Source: Gnetum montanum
Taxonomy: Eukaryota; Plantae; Gnetophyta
Reading direction: 5' to 3'
Length of the DNA stretch: 64,000 bases
NCBI GenBank assembly: GCA_015680685.1
Contig: MNCI01000556.1
Span: 1,127,931-1,191,930 of the forward strand
Position numbers and translations under genes: made by a program. Under the pieces are notes generated by a model. It did not search any database. It was not told where the DNA came from and saw only the letters and a program-made list of their open reading frames with translations. Position 1 is the first letter of the stretch. Every line of letters begins with the position of its first letter. Positions 37,300-48,729 of this stretch are shown here, one piece after another.

Positions 37300-40200
37300 C
37301 CAATGTGTTTATTTGCTAACTCTGTAACTACTTCTTAATTTTTTTTAGTTTTGACAACGTGTATGGATGAGGAGGTTTATTACTCTGTTCCTCTATGCCA
37401 TCATCTTCCTCTTGAAAATGTAGTTCAGCCCAAATCAAGTTGTCATCAGCCACTGTTTTGGCCTGTTCAAGCATTGAGATAGGAGACTGATCCTCGGGGG
37501 TTTCGATTTCTAAACCCTATTCCATTTCTACGTTATTAACAGCCTAAGGGATCATTTTATCACCATGGATGATCACTTCCCCTCCTGTGTAAGGCAAATG
37601 GATCTCCTAATGGATGGGTAATGAAACTGCCCTTAGTTGAGCCAACCAGGACCTCCCCAAGATTAAGTTGAAACTAGGCATCTCCTCGATGACTATAAAC
37701 ACTGCGTCTATGGGGAATTGGTCTCCTGCTACGAAATTAATACGTACTATTCCTTTGACTTGCACTCATTCCCCATTGAATGAATTTAAACATGAAGTTG
37801 TCGTGGGGCTGATCTGGACGATCAAACCCAGTTTATCCACTATGGGTTATGGAATGACATTGGCAGCTGCCCCTTCATCTACGTATACTCTCCGGATTCG
37901 ATATTGGCCAACCCGAATAGTGATGAACATAGGCGCTGTTGTCACTTGACCATTCTCTGGATCATCCTTAATGGATTCATCATGAAAATTCAGTAGGGAA
38001 GGCCAGGGTTGTTCAGTGACAAGGGGAAGCATGATGGAGTGGATTGCTTCTTCATCTGCTGGAAGGCTCTCATCCACGGGTATGGGTGTTAACAAGTGAA
38101 CCATGGCCTCACAATGCTTTTTTGATGTCATCAGCAAGTCATAGAGGCTCAACGTTGTATTTTTTTGTTTAAGAGCCTACTTAACTTGCGTAAAGGTGTC
38201 GAGGAGATCACATCCACGATCTAGTTTTTTATCACCCTTCTCTTCTTCTATTCATCCTAGGGGACAAAACTCTTGGGGAGGAACAATTTCTGGTTGAGGG
38301 CTTCATTTTCTTGGGTTGGGAGGAGATGGTTGTGTTTGCATAGCATCATCTTTTCTTGTTGAGGATGGGGTCAAGGATGTCGAGGCGAGGGGCACAGGCT
38401 TGGGAAACCCCAACGTAAGGTGATCCTTGGGCTGTATTAGGTGTCGTACGCCCTTCTCCTTTCTTGTTAGGTTGTGATTGGGGCATTAATGGCATTGGCA
38501 ACCTGATGACAAAGGGTGCCCTAGGTGTGGCTGTGGGCTAGGCCATGGCTTTATTGATAGTGGGCTGTGGGATAACGGTAGGAGATGGGACCCAGAGAAT
38601 GAAGGGTTGTTGTTGAACCACACCCGTCGATGTCAATGGCCTTGTCATTTGAGACAAGCGAGGAGGTACACACAACACGAAGGTTTTTTTGGCTATGCCT
38701 GGTCATCACCTTCCGTACCCACTACATTGATAGTGTACCCTACATTATTTTTGTTTAACGAGTCTTGGTACACATGCATGGATTGATTTTCTAGATGGAC
38801 CAGACTACTGCTGTCTAGGATCAATTTACCTTGATCGATCATATGTTGAATGTCATCTTTCAACACTTAGCAATAATCCGTGTCATGATCACATAACTAG
38901 TGATAGTCATAGAAATGGTCCAGCCTAAAGTTTTTGGGAACTAGCGGTTCATTTGGCAGGGCCAAGGAGGGATTCTTAAGCAGTTCGCAATGCCATCTAT
39001 GGCATTTCAGACCTTCCTTTGACACCTTCTTATGTTGAATATGGCTAGTTCCCAGTAATTTCTTCAGAAGTTCTGAAGGCTTTACAGGTAGAGCTATATA
39101 TTTTGAGCGGTCTTTACGCTCGAAATTAGGCTTTAGCTGTGGAGGTGCTTCAGGGGCAGATGGAGTTTCTTGATCAATGCTGTTTGAGCTAGTTGTGGGC
39201 TCAGCAGGCTCCATAGATACCTTTTTTTTGTTATTTTTCTACTTGGCCCCCTCGGAAACCACTACTATGGTCATTGTTATAGCTTTTCCTTTGTCTTTAT
39301 CCTTGCTATGGCCATTTCTGTAGACCACATATGCTAGGTCTTTGCTAGCCTTTGCCGCATCTTGGATGCTCTTAGTTTAAGCGAAGGCTTGGCTGAGGGA
39401 ACGGGGAGCAATGTAATACAGTTTGGACTTAATGAAGTCATTGACTGCCCCCTTGAAGATTGCTAACAGATGAGCCTCCACGATGGATTCATGGATTTCA
39501 TTCAAGGTGGCGCTCCACCGTTTTATAAACTTTTGGACTGGCTTGAGCGGATCTTGCTTAACTCCCATAAGCTGATCCAGTGTGAATTATGGTTTCAGGT
39601 TGTATTTGAAATGAGTCACGAACTAGGTTAGCAAGTCTTCCAAGGTTGAGATGGAAGAGCGTGGAAGTGCATGATACCAGTCTAAAGCTTTACCCATTAG
39701 GGACATAGAAAATACATAGATGATGGTATGTGGTCATTGTTGCAGTAACAATGACTCTGACCTGAAGGTGACTACATGGGCATTAGGATTGCCTTCTCCA
39801 TTGTATTTTGTAAAATAGGGGAGTGGCATCCCAGGAGGCAACAAAAAAATAGGCACTGCTAGACTAATAGGATCATCATGGTAAAAATTCATGACCTGTA
39901 TCATGTCAGAACTAGCAGCCTTGAGGCGTTTAACTTCTTCTGTAAGGGTCTAAATAAGCTGGAAGGCTTGATCCATACCTGTAGATGAAGAGGTTGATTG
40001 TGGAATTGCAGGATGAGCCATGTTGGATGGTGGGATAGGAGTGATAGCTTGGCCTATGTGCGATGTTATTGGGACTGGCCCTCTAAGCTGTACCACCTGC
40101 GTCACCCACCACCTAGCAGGTGGTGTAGACGGGATGACAACCATTGATTGTGCCATAGGATATGCCGCTTGCATAGCCTATGGCACAAACAATGACCCTG

Positions 40201-41044
40201 TAGTTGGGTTTATTGCCTACAAGACATGGTGTTGATGATGAGGAAGATGAGTCATTTGCGTAGGCTGTGCTACAAGGGATGATGTGTTTGGAGCCCACCA
40301 CGCTATAGTGGCGGGTCCTGTCGTGAGAGTTGGGATGAATGTAGGCGTTGTGTGTAATTGCGAAGTAGGTATTGCATGTACATACGGTGACATAGGTGCA
40401 GGTATATGATGAGGTGGATTAGCTATCTGCAGGTGTGAAGGAATGACTTGTGAAGGGACACCACCCTTGAGGGTAGCCGAAGAGAGAAAATGTGGTTGGG
40501 GCAAGTGTGGGACGCGGCTAGCATTAGATAATTTCAAGGGCGTGGTGACCATGAACAACATATTTACACGAGACATCGTGGAGGGAGGGGCCACAACCAA
40601 ATCAGTGTGACTGCCTCCCTTGGAGTGGGAATCTAGATCATCCTACCCGTTATGAAGCACTTCATCATGGAACAACTCTTCTTGTTGTTCCGTTGATGCC
40701 CTAGTCATCAGCATTTGATCTAAGATCCACTATTGTTGGTCCATCAGGGGTACAGTGGTGTTAGGTGAAGGAATAAATTCCTTCCCATTGTAGTATATGA
40801 ACTTGTATTCTAGTTTCTCTTCAAGTTCTTGTGGATACATGGGTAGATTTTCCATAATTTTAGCATAGAGGAAATTGTAATGTTCCCTACACTGAGCATG
40901 TTCTTCAAGCTCTTTATTTTGGAGCCTGAGGGATCGGTGTGGTTGCACTAGACTGGTTGGTGGCTCGACCACAAGAGGCGTAACTTGTAGTGTCCAAGGG
41001 TTTTCGAGGTTAGCAATATCAATGACGGTGGTTGGTGCAGCCAT
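37300..41044 (-). pseudogene. Copy C gag and protease
   Basis: Start MAAPTTVID (41044), Pro-rich N-terminus, retrotransposon gag ~39400-39830 (KYNGEGNP..H, ALDWYH), FYDYH..CDHD..YC, protease VYVDEGAAANVIP and FNLILGRSWL. Confidence 0.88.
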
Positions 41045-41298
41045 TCACTACACAACTCAAGAGTAATGATGACAAGGATAAGGATCACAAGGGAAAAGGC
41101 AAGCTAAGGCAAAAATGGGCTTTCTACCCTATAGGATTCTAGAGGAATCATCAAAGCGACCGATCTACACTACACAATCTTGTAAACAACTGTGGAGGTA
41201 TTATGTTTATGTCAATCAAAAATGGGTACCGACAACTTGCAGGACTACCTGTGAAATGATGATTGGAGGTTCAGGCCCTCCTTCTAGTGCCAGAAAAC

Positions 41299-42594
41299 TA
41301 TAACAATAGAAAATGTCGATTGCTGAAAATATCGAGTGAAGTTCCATGTACACAGTTCCAACCCCAGATCCGTCTGAGGGCCGTGCTAGAGAAAAAGAAT
41401 CCGAAGTGCCCTGAACAGTCTTGTCGATCAAACAAGGACTTACTTAATCAGTAAATTTTGTAATGATCAGATCACGAGATGATGATTTCAATGGGGAGAT
41501 ATGATATCAGTAATCTTGAAGGCAAAGAAAATGATGTAAATGATTTGGAGCGATTGTAATAGGATGTGATAAATAGAATTTAGAGAATGTGTAGTCCCAA
41601 AATCTGGGATTTAGCTTATAAAAAAATACATTGAATACAATGATTACAGGTAGACTTTGGTTTAGACGAAGTGCATGCCAAGAACAAGAAATCTATTGAG
41701 AGATGAAATAAGCAAAGGCTAATCTACCTCATTCTAGCCAATCTGGGCCCAACGGAGTCAGACTCTAAGCAAAGTGTCTGCTAACTCAAGGTTTCCAGTT
41801 CAAAGGCTCTTGTCGGTTACTGTCGACGTTCTTTCGATTGTCGATCCTCTCTTGTTCTTTGAGAAAATTTGCCAACAATTGCCAACAGCTGCAAAAAAAA
41901 AAATTGTTGACCTTGCCAACGAAGGGAAATTGCTCACGGAGAAAAATTTGCCCACCATTGATCATTGTCAACTGGAGTATTTATAAGGTTAGGGTTAGGA
42001 GAAAAACGTAGTTTAGATGATGCGTGTCCTGAGCCTACAAAATGCTATTGAATTGGTGTGTTGTAGTTGAAGCTTGTGGTGCTACGCTGCGTTACGCTCT
42101 GAAGCATAGTGTGTCGTAATCTGCCCTTGCTAGGGCTTCGGTAACAAACTGTCCTTCGATTACACTATAATACGCAAGAGAGCGTATCATGGCATAAGAA
42201 CGACCAATGTTTGAATTTTTCTATCTCTATTATTGTAATTAAATCAATTATCTGCTTGCATTACGCTGCGTTATGCTACATTACGCTCCATAGCGTAACA
42301 CGGCGTAACATAGCGAACCTGTAAAATTGAAGTGTTGTCACTGCGCATCACTTACTTCTGTTCAGTATTTCTGGAGTCTATTACGTTGTGCTACGTAATG
42401 TAGTGTAATAGGACTTAAGCTAAAAGAAGACTGTATGCAATGTGCCACTTGTGGAAATCCTTTACGTAAACTTCGAGACTTTGCTGAATCATCAAGGTCT
42501 CGAAATTTCACGATGTTTAAATGACATACATGATATTCAAAATTTAAAACTTGATATGTCTTCTTAATTTGAAACAAAGGATCATTGTGCTACA
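41299..42594 (-). repeat. 5' LTR of copy C
   Basis: Starts TGTAGCAC at the Copia junction and ends TGTTATA (CA mutated) just before the PBS. TATAAATA on the minus strand at ~41978-41985. No partner LTR in the window. Confidence 0.72.
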
Positions 42595-44720
42595 TAAAAG
42601 ATTTTGGGCATGGGAATTAAAAGAGATAGGTTTGATAAAAATCTTTGGCTTGGACAATATGCTTATGTTGAAAATATCTTGAAAAAGTTTAATATGCAAA
42701 ATTACAACCCTATGACTACTCCTTGTGAAACTAATATCAAATTATAACATGAACAATATCTTAGTACAAAAGAAGAGAAAGAGCTCATGGTTAAAATTCC
42801 ATATGCTAGTGCTATTAGCACTTTAATGTATGCAATGGTCTCTATTAGATATGATATTACTTACATTGTTATTAAACTTAGTAAGTATATGTCAAATCTA
42901 GAGAAAAAACATTGGATTACAATAAAGTGAGTATTCTGATATCTTCATTGTACTATGAATTATGGGATTTATTACAAAAATAATTCCAATGAACTTCATG
43001 GTTTTATTAATGAAGATTGAAATAGTAATATTGATAGTATGAAATCTACTAGTGAATATGTGTTTAGTCTCTTTGGTGGTGTTGTTTCTTGGAAAAGTTA
43101 AAAATAATCTTATGTCACTCAATCTACCACTTAAGTTGAATATGTTGTTGCTAACTTAACATTTAGAGAGGCTATAGAGATTTTAAGGTTAACAGATAAA
43201 GTTGACATCATTCATACTCTAACAAATATTAGCAATGATAGTGAAAATGCCATAAGCATATCCAAGAACCTAACCTTTCATTCTTGAATGAAGCACATTG
43301 AAATACATTGTTTCTAGATACAGAAGAATATTTAAAAGCAAAGGATTCTTATAAATCAATTAACTATTGAGGCAAATCCTTTAGATGTACTTATCAAATT
43401 AACACCTACTAAAAATTTCTTCAATACCAATCAACATTTAGTCTTCTTTATGCTTAATTTCCTACAATGGTCTAGATTATTCTTTGATGAGAGTGGTTAC
43501 TCTAGTAGTTATTCTAATTATTAGAGTGGTTACTCTAGCAGTTACTTTAGCAGTTATTCTAATTATTAGAGCAGTTACTCTAATTATTAGAGTACTTGCT
43601 CCCAAGCCTATAAATATAGTGCCCAGGCGCACAATTGGGAGGAAATCTTTTAGCAGTCAAGTAGCAAAACTTTTGTAGTTTCTTTAAAAGTTAGAGTATT
43701 TTCCAAGTGCCCGCAGCAAGAGGTCTAAGTGTGGACGGATCTTTATTCAAGCATTGTGTACCTGAGCACACCTTGTGTACAATAATAAAGACGAGCTCTT
43801 TGATTCATCCTTGTAGCACTTGAGATTTTTTTTCTTACGTATTTCTTTTATTTTATTTTATGCACTTTACATTTTTGTTATAAGCACAACAATTCATTTT
43901 GATCAATTAAGCAAATCGTTAAAACACACAAGCATGACCACTTTGAGCATGTGTGTAATGCTTGGTAACCCAGTAACGATTAGCGTTTGGTAATCTTAGT
44001 AGTGTTGCACTGGATCAGCATGTGTACAGCAAGTGGGAACGAATTAGTTAGAACTTAGTTAATGAGTAGTTAAGTTAAATTAGTCACTTAGTTACCTCTT
44101 TCCTTTCTTATTAGCACAGGACATAAAAACATAAAAGTTATAAAAATCATATGCCTCAAGCTTACTTAACCATACAATTGTGACATACAGGTAAGCTTGG
44201 GAAAACAACGATTAACGAACCCATCCTTGTTCCACAAGGGCACATAAGCACTTACTCCTTGGAATTCGACTAGATCGTGCGTGAAATGCTTATATTCGTA
44301 TGGTTAAGCATAGGGGTACCTTGCTGCTCATCGTTCTTCAAAGTAAGTAACTTTACCTTTAAGAGAGATTATTGTAAGATAGTTGAAATTATCAATTCTC
44401 TTCAAATGAGCTCTTTTTTTTAATTCTGGCTATCATTTCCTTCATTTGATTCTTTCTTCATTCTATTGGTACTACTAATTATAGTTGGTCTTTAGTGAAA
44501 TGTTCATTTCTGAAAAGGTGCTTCTTTCTTTTGTTTTTGGGATTGTAAGGATGAATTCCTAGGTAGGCATTCCTAAATCCATTGAGTTTTTCCTTTTGTG
44601 TTGCTTCTATATATTCTATGTTCTATCAAATGCTACTTATGTATTTTTTTACCCTCTCAAATGACTATCCCTAGGCTTGAAGCAAAATCTTACTATTTAA
44701 GAAACAATGACCTTACCATC
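42595..44720 (+). mobile_element. Ty1/Copia 3' part (RT C-terminus, RNase H, PPT, start of 3' LTR at 44373), interrupted by a solo LTR
   Basis: KILGMGIKRDR..., IPYASAI..LMYAM, STT.VEY, MKHIEI. Homologous to the reverse complement of 55650-56560. Right boundary approximate. Confidence 0.82.
43485..44333 (+). mobile_element. Athila-like solo LTR with 5-bp TSD TTCTT
   Basis: TTCTT|TGATGAG...CTCATCG|TTCTT. The empty-site sequence is visible in the Copia copy at 55680-55705. Confidence 0.92.
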
Positions 44721-44819
44721 ACATTAAACAATGGTCCCTCCAACTCATAATTGACTATTAAGATCTCAAAATTGCAAGCAGAAGCTTTCAAAGCGTTTAA
44801 AACATTTTCTCATTGTAAG

Positions 44820-45660
44820 CGGTGCCGACATCCATTTCCCTTAAAACAAAGTAGTCACAAATCTTGACAGAGACTACCGTTCATGCATTTGGGGATAAGT
44901 TTGAACCACAAATGTGAATTATGGAAGGAACGTTTTCACCGGGACATGGTTACGCGTTTAAAACACGGTTGCTGTATGTACAGTCTATACAGAGAACAGA
45001 CAGATCCGTTGCAGGAGCCTTCCAGAACACACAAAAGCAATGACTGTGTGTGGCTGCTATATATGAAGCAAAAACCACGTGAAGCCACAAAGAGTCCTGG
45101 AACCTGACACAAGTAACAATTTGGCACAGAGTTGACAGAGGGCGATTCCTTTTGGGGCGAAATCATGCACCCAGAAACCGCGCTCACGCCCGCGGACAAG
45201 ACACATGAAACTCCTGATATGGATTATTACAGTCCAAGTGACGCATGAGGAGCCGTGCTCGCCGCGTGAAAGGCGAAGAAAAATGGCAACTTCACGTTAA
45301 CCGTCGCCCTCATCTGCACCGCCACTGCTACTACGACTGTAATACCAATACCAATACCAACACCATAACGCTGATGAACAAAGCCACGTGAAACGCACTT
45401 CCTACCCTATAGTCACAATATACGATAATTGTCCCGCCGAAACCTTCGCAATCTCACTTAAACTAATTTATCACTGATCATCCAAACTCAGCGCAAAGAG
45501 AAGCGTGCGAAATTGGTTACTACGACATGTGTGATACCGCCCCGTTCTCAAAATACTCGGCGGTCTGTGCAGGCCTGGAAATTGACGCCTGTGTTTTGGA
45601 GGTTTTTTCCTTCAAATACCTTCACAATTTTTACGTAATGTTACTTGAAACACTGAGTCA
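44820..45660. promoter_or_regulatory. CpG-retaining putative cis-regulatory island upstream of VQ gene
   Basis: CpG-rich relative to the TE background. G-boxes CACGTG at 45076 and 45385, CGCG boxes at 44952 and 45262, W-box (AGTCAA) at 45656. Confidence 0.45.
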
Positions 45661-46109
45661 AATAAGGTTGTGAGGCCAGTTTCAGAATTCTTTTTCTATG
45701 AACCTTGTTTTTTTAGTTTTCTAAAATTATAATTCAGTGTTGCTTGGTGGAATTCAAATTCCAACGTATAAACTTCAATCAGTCTTTAATATTAGTTAAT
45801 ATCTCATTTCAATTTTTTTAAAATAATGTGGTCAAATTTCTATGAATCCTAAGGCGTAATTATGTTTCGTTTATTTTGGATTGCAACATCCTCTTTTATT
45901 GCATGTGTTTCACCTTATTTATGGTTCTAACCTTCTCATTGCAATTTTTTTCTTAATACAATTTATGTTTATACTTTTGATTTTTTAAATGTAAATGAGA
46001 TTTTTGAATTTCCTTTAATTTATCTCATATATCTTGGTGTTTTTTAATTTTTTTTATTTTGATTTAGATTTTCACTATGAATTATATTACCATGTAATGT
46101 TAAAAGTTT

Positions 46110-47192
46110 AAATTTGAAAGACAATTTTAAACATAACTGTAAGTTAATTTTCAACCCCATCTCTTATGTGGGTGGGTGGTCATCGGTTGCAATCAACCAT
46201 GCTCACACAATCTGACCACTTTCAAAAATTAAAAATTAAAAAATTACCACAAACACACATGCATTGATTAAGACTGATTAACATTTTGTCATGTTTCACA
46301 TAACTTGTTTGAATGGACATGTTATGGTCGTAGACAACTACTGAAATCTCATATACATTGAGCCATCCAAATTGCTGTGCATAATCAACAGTTCAACCCA
46401 AATAATAACAATTGTCATAAAAAGTTACCCATGTGCGCATCTACCAAAGCCAATGGGCCAAAATTTGAAAGAGAATTTTAAACATAGTTATAGTTTTACG
46501 TTAATTTTCAACGCCATCTCTTATGCTGACTGACTTTCAAAAATTAAAAATAAAAAAATTACGACAAACACACATGCATTGAATAATACTTGCTACCATT
46601 TTGTCAAAGTCAAGTCTAATTTTTCACCTAACTATTTTGGATTGACATGTTATTGCCGCAGACAATTATTGAAATGCCATATACATTGAACCATCCAAAT
46701 AGCTATGCATAATCAACAATTCAACCCAAACAATAACAATTGTCACATAAAGTTCACCCATGTCTGCATCAGCCAAAGGAGTCAAGGAAAATTGTCACAT
46801 AAAGTTCACCCATGTCTGCGTCTGCCAAAGGAGTCAGCAAAAATTTGAAAGACAATTTTAAACATAGCTGTACGTTAATTTTCAACCCCATCTCTTATGT
46901 GGGTGGTTATCAGTTTCAATTCACCATGCTCACACAATCTGACCACTTTCAAAAATTAAAAATAAAAAAATTACCACAAACACACATGTATTGTTGTTAC
47001 CATTTTGTCAAAGTCAAGTCTAAATTTTCACCTAACTAGTTTGAATTGACATGTTATTACTGCAGACAATTATTGAAATTTCATATACATTGAACCATCC
47101 AAATGGCTGTGCATAATGAACAGTCCAACCTAAACACTAACAATGGTCACAAAAAGTTGGCCCATGTGCGCATCTACCGAGCGAGTCAGCCA
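46110..47192. repeat. Tandem triplication of ~350-380 bp in VQ gene promoter
   Basis: Units start AAATTTGAAAGA.AATTTTAAACATA at 46110, 46461 and 46841. Extra ~52-bp duplication at 46738-46840. Confidence 0.92.
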
Positions 47193-47592
47193 AAGAGTAT
47201 GATGGAAATTCTTTTGCTTCTTCGGTTCAAAGCACACATCATTGCCATTCTTCGTCGCCACCCTGCGCGTCTGCGTCTGCGTAACGGCCACGCTGCACAA
47301 ATTCCGCATTAGGAAATGACAATGCCCATCACATGGCTACTTTCATGGTAAATGGAATAGATGCGAGCATCAATTGAAATCATTGAAATAACATAAAGCA
47401 GGCAACACCGCGTTAGCCCATGTTCATGTCGTGCTCATTTCCATGCCATCCACTAAACAGCATATATGTGAACGCTGTAGCAGCGGCAGTAGCAGTACCA
47501 GAACCTAATTCATTCTTTGGGGTCATTCTTTGGGGGAGTCGGCATTATTGATTGAATTAAACGAAATCGAGAGTTCGATCCCGAGGTGGAGC

Positions 47593-48729
47593 ATGGAGTT
47601 GCAGGTCCACAACTGCAACGGCGGAGTCGAGAGTTCGATCTCTCCTTCGCAACGTCGGCAGCGGCGAAAGAGAGATACGGAGGAGTCTACACCATATGAG
47701 GAGCCGCAGCAGCCGAAGCGGACCAGTCCGCAGGTTCGAGTCATACATATATTTGCACCACGCGTTTTCAAGACGGATGCCGCCAATTTTCGATCAGTTG
47801 TGCAGTCGCTCACGGGCATGAACACTGCCTCCTCCTCTTCTTCTTCTTCATTTCCCTCGGCTGCATCACCGGGGTCGGCTCCGTCACTACCATCGGCTCC
47901 TTCACTAGCGACTAAGGATCATTATCCAGAATTACAATGTTCATCTTATCAACATAAAGGTCTAAGAGGGTTGGTAGATGAGCTTGAAAGGCCTAACCTC
48001 TTTAGAAGTAACTGTCCCCATTATCCAAAGGTTCAATGGTCATCTCATCAAGGCAAATTCTTGGGAGGGTTCATAGATCAGATTGGAAGGTCTAACCTCT
48101 TTAGAAGTAGCTGCCCCTATTATCCAGAGGTTCAATGCTCATCTAAGCAAGGCAAAATCTTAGGAGGGTTGGTAGATGAGCTTGAAAGGCCTAACCTCTT
48201 TAGAAGTAGCTGCTCCTATTATCCAGATGTTCAATGCTCATCTCATGAAGACAAAGTCCTTGAAGGGTTGGTACATGAGGTTGAAAGACGCAACATCTTT
48301 AAAAGTAGCTCCCCCCATTCTCTAAAAGTTCAATGCTCATCTCATCAAGGCAAAGTGGTGGAAGGGTTTGTAGATGAGGTTGAAAGGCTTAACCTCTTTA
48401 AAAGTAGCTGCCTCCAGTCTCCTATGCCACTTAGGAATATTCAATATTCATTCTGCCAAGACACACTCCTAAAAGGATTGGTCGATGAACCTATAAAACC
48501 TACCCTCTTTAAGAGTGGTCATACCCAAGCTCCTCTGCCACCAACCGAGGATCATCACTGGGTCCTAGGAGGGTTGGAGGAGACGGCAGCGGATGACAAT
48601 TTGAGGGATATTCTGAGCAGTTTTGAGGAGGCATTTCTGCTGCAGGAGTTGGCTACTGCTGCGGCGCCTGAGCCGACGTATTCTTGTTGCTGTGATGCTT
48701 CTTGGTCGCCGGTGTTGCTTAACCCGTGA
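47593..48729 (+). CDS. VQ-motif-containing protein (378 aa from first ATG) with internal 33-aa tandem repeats
   Basis: Longest intact ORF in the window. RVIHIFAPRVFKTDAANFRSVVQSLTG matches the FxxxVQxLTG plant VQ motif. Intronless with a Ser-rich linker, as is typical for the family. The track start at 47530 is a TTG. Confidence 0.92.
   Translation: MELQVHNCNGGVESSISPSQRRQRRKRDTEESTPYEEPQQPKRTSPQVRVIHIFAPRVFKTDAANFRSVVQSLTGMNTASSSSSSSFPSAASPGSAPSLPSAPSLATKDHYPELQCSSYQHKGLRGLVDELERPNLFRSNCPHYPKVQWSSHQGKFLGGFIDQIGRSNLFRSSCPYYPEVQCSSKQGKILGGLVDELERPNLFRSSCSYYPDVQCSSHEDKVLEGLVHEVERRNIFKSSSPHSLKVQCSSHQGKVVEGFVDEVERLNLFKSSCLQSPMPLRNIQYSFCQDTLLKGLVDEPIKPTLFKSGHTQAPLPPTEDHHWVLGGLEETAADDNLRDILSSFEEAFLLQELATAAAPEPTYSCCCDASWSPVLLNP
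47920..48540 (+). repeat. 99-bp (33-aa) in-frame coding tandem repeat, 5 full copies + 1 degenerate
   Basis: Units at 47920, 48019, 48118, 48217, 48316 and ~48415. Consensus HYPxVQCSSHQGKxLxGLVDExERxNLFRSSCP. Confidence 0.95.

Larger units (their letters stand above)
27160..42594 (-). mobile_element. Tat-like Gypsy element copy C: 5' LTR, PBS, gag, protease, 5.6-kb spacer, pol; 3' LTR not seen
   Basis: LTR 41299-42594, PBS-like TGGCACTAGAAGGAGGG 41276-41292, gag-pro ~37300-41044, pol 28235-31672. Inserted into a Copia RT at 42595. Confidence 0.88.

Noticed and set aside
41299-42594. Possible 5' LTR partner of copy B
   Set aside because: Termini and internal sequence do not match 16269-17701. 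Assigned to copy C.
44883-45199. Two small overlapping ORFs in the CpG-rich island
   Set aside because: No motifs or supporting gene structure.
45371-45395. Hammerhead-like core CTGATGA...GAAAC
   Set aside because: Stem II is only 2 bp and no stem I/III with an NUH cleavage site could be formed.
47530-47592. N-terminal extension of the VQ ORF in the ORF track
   Set aside because: Starts at TTG. The first ATG is 47593.
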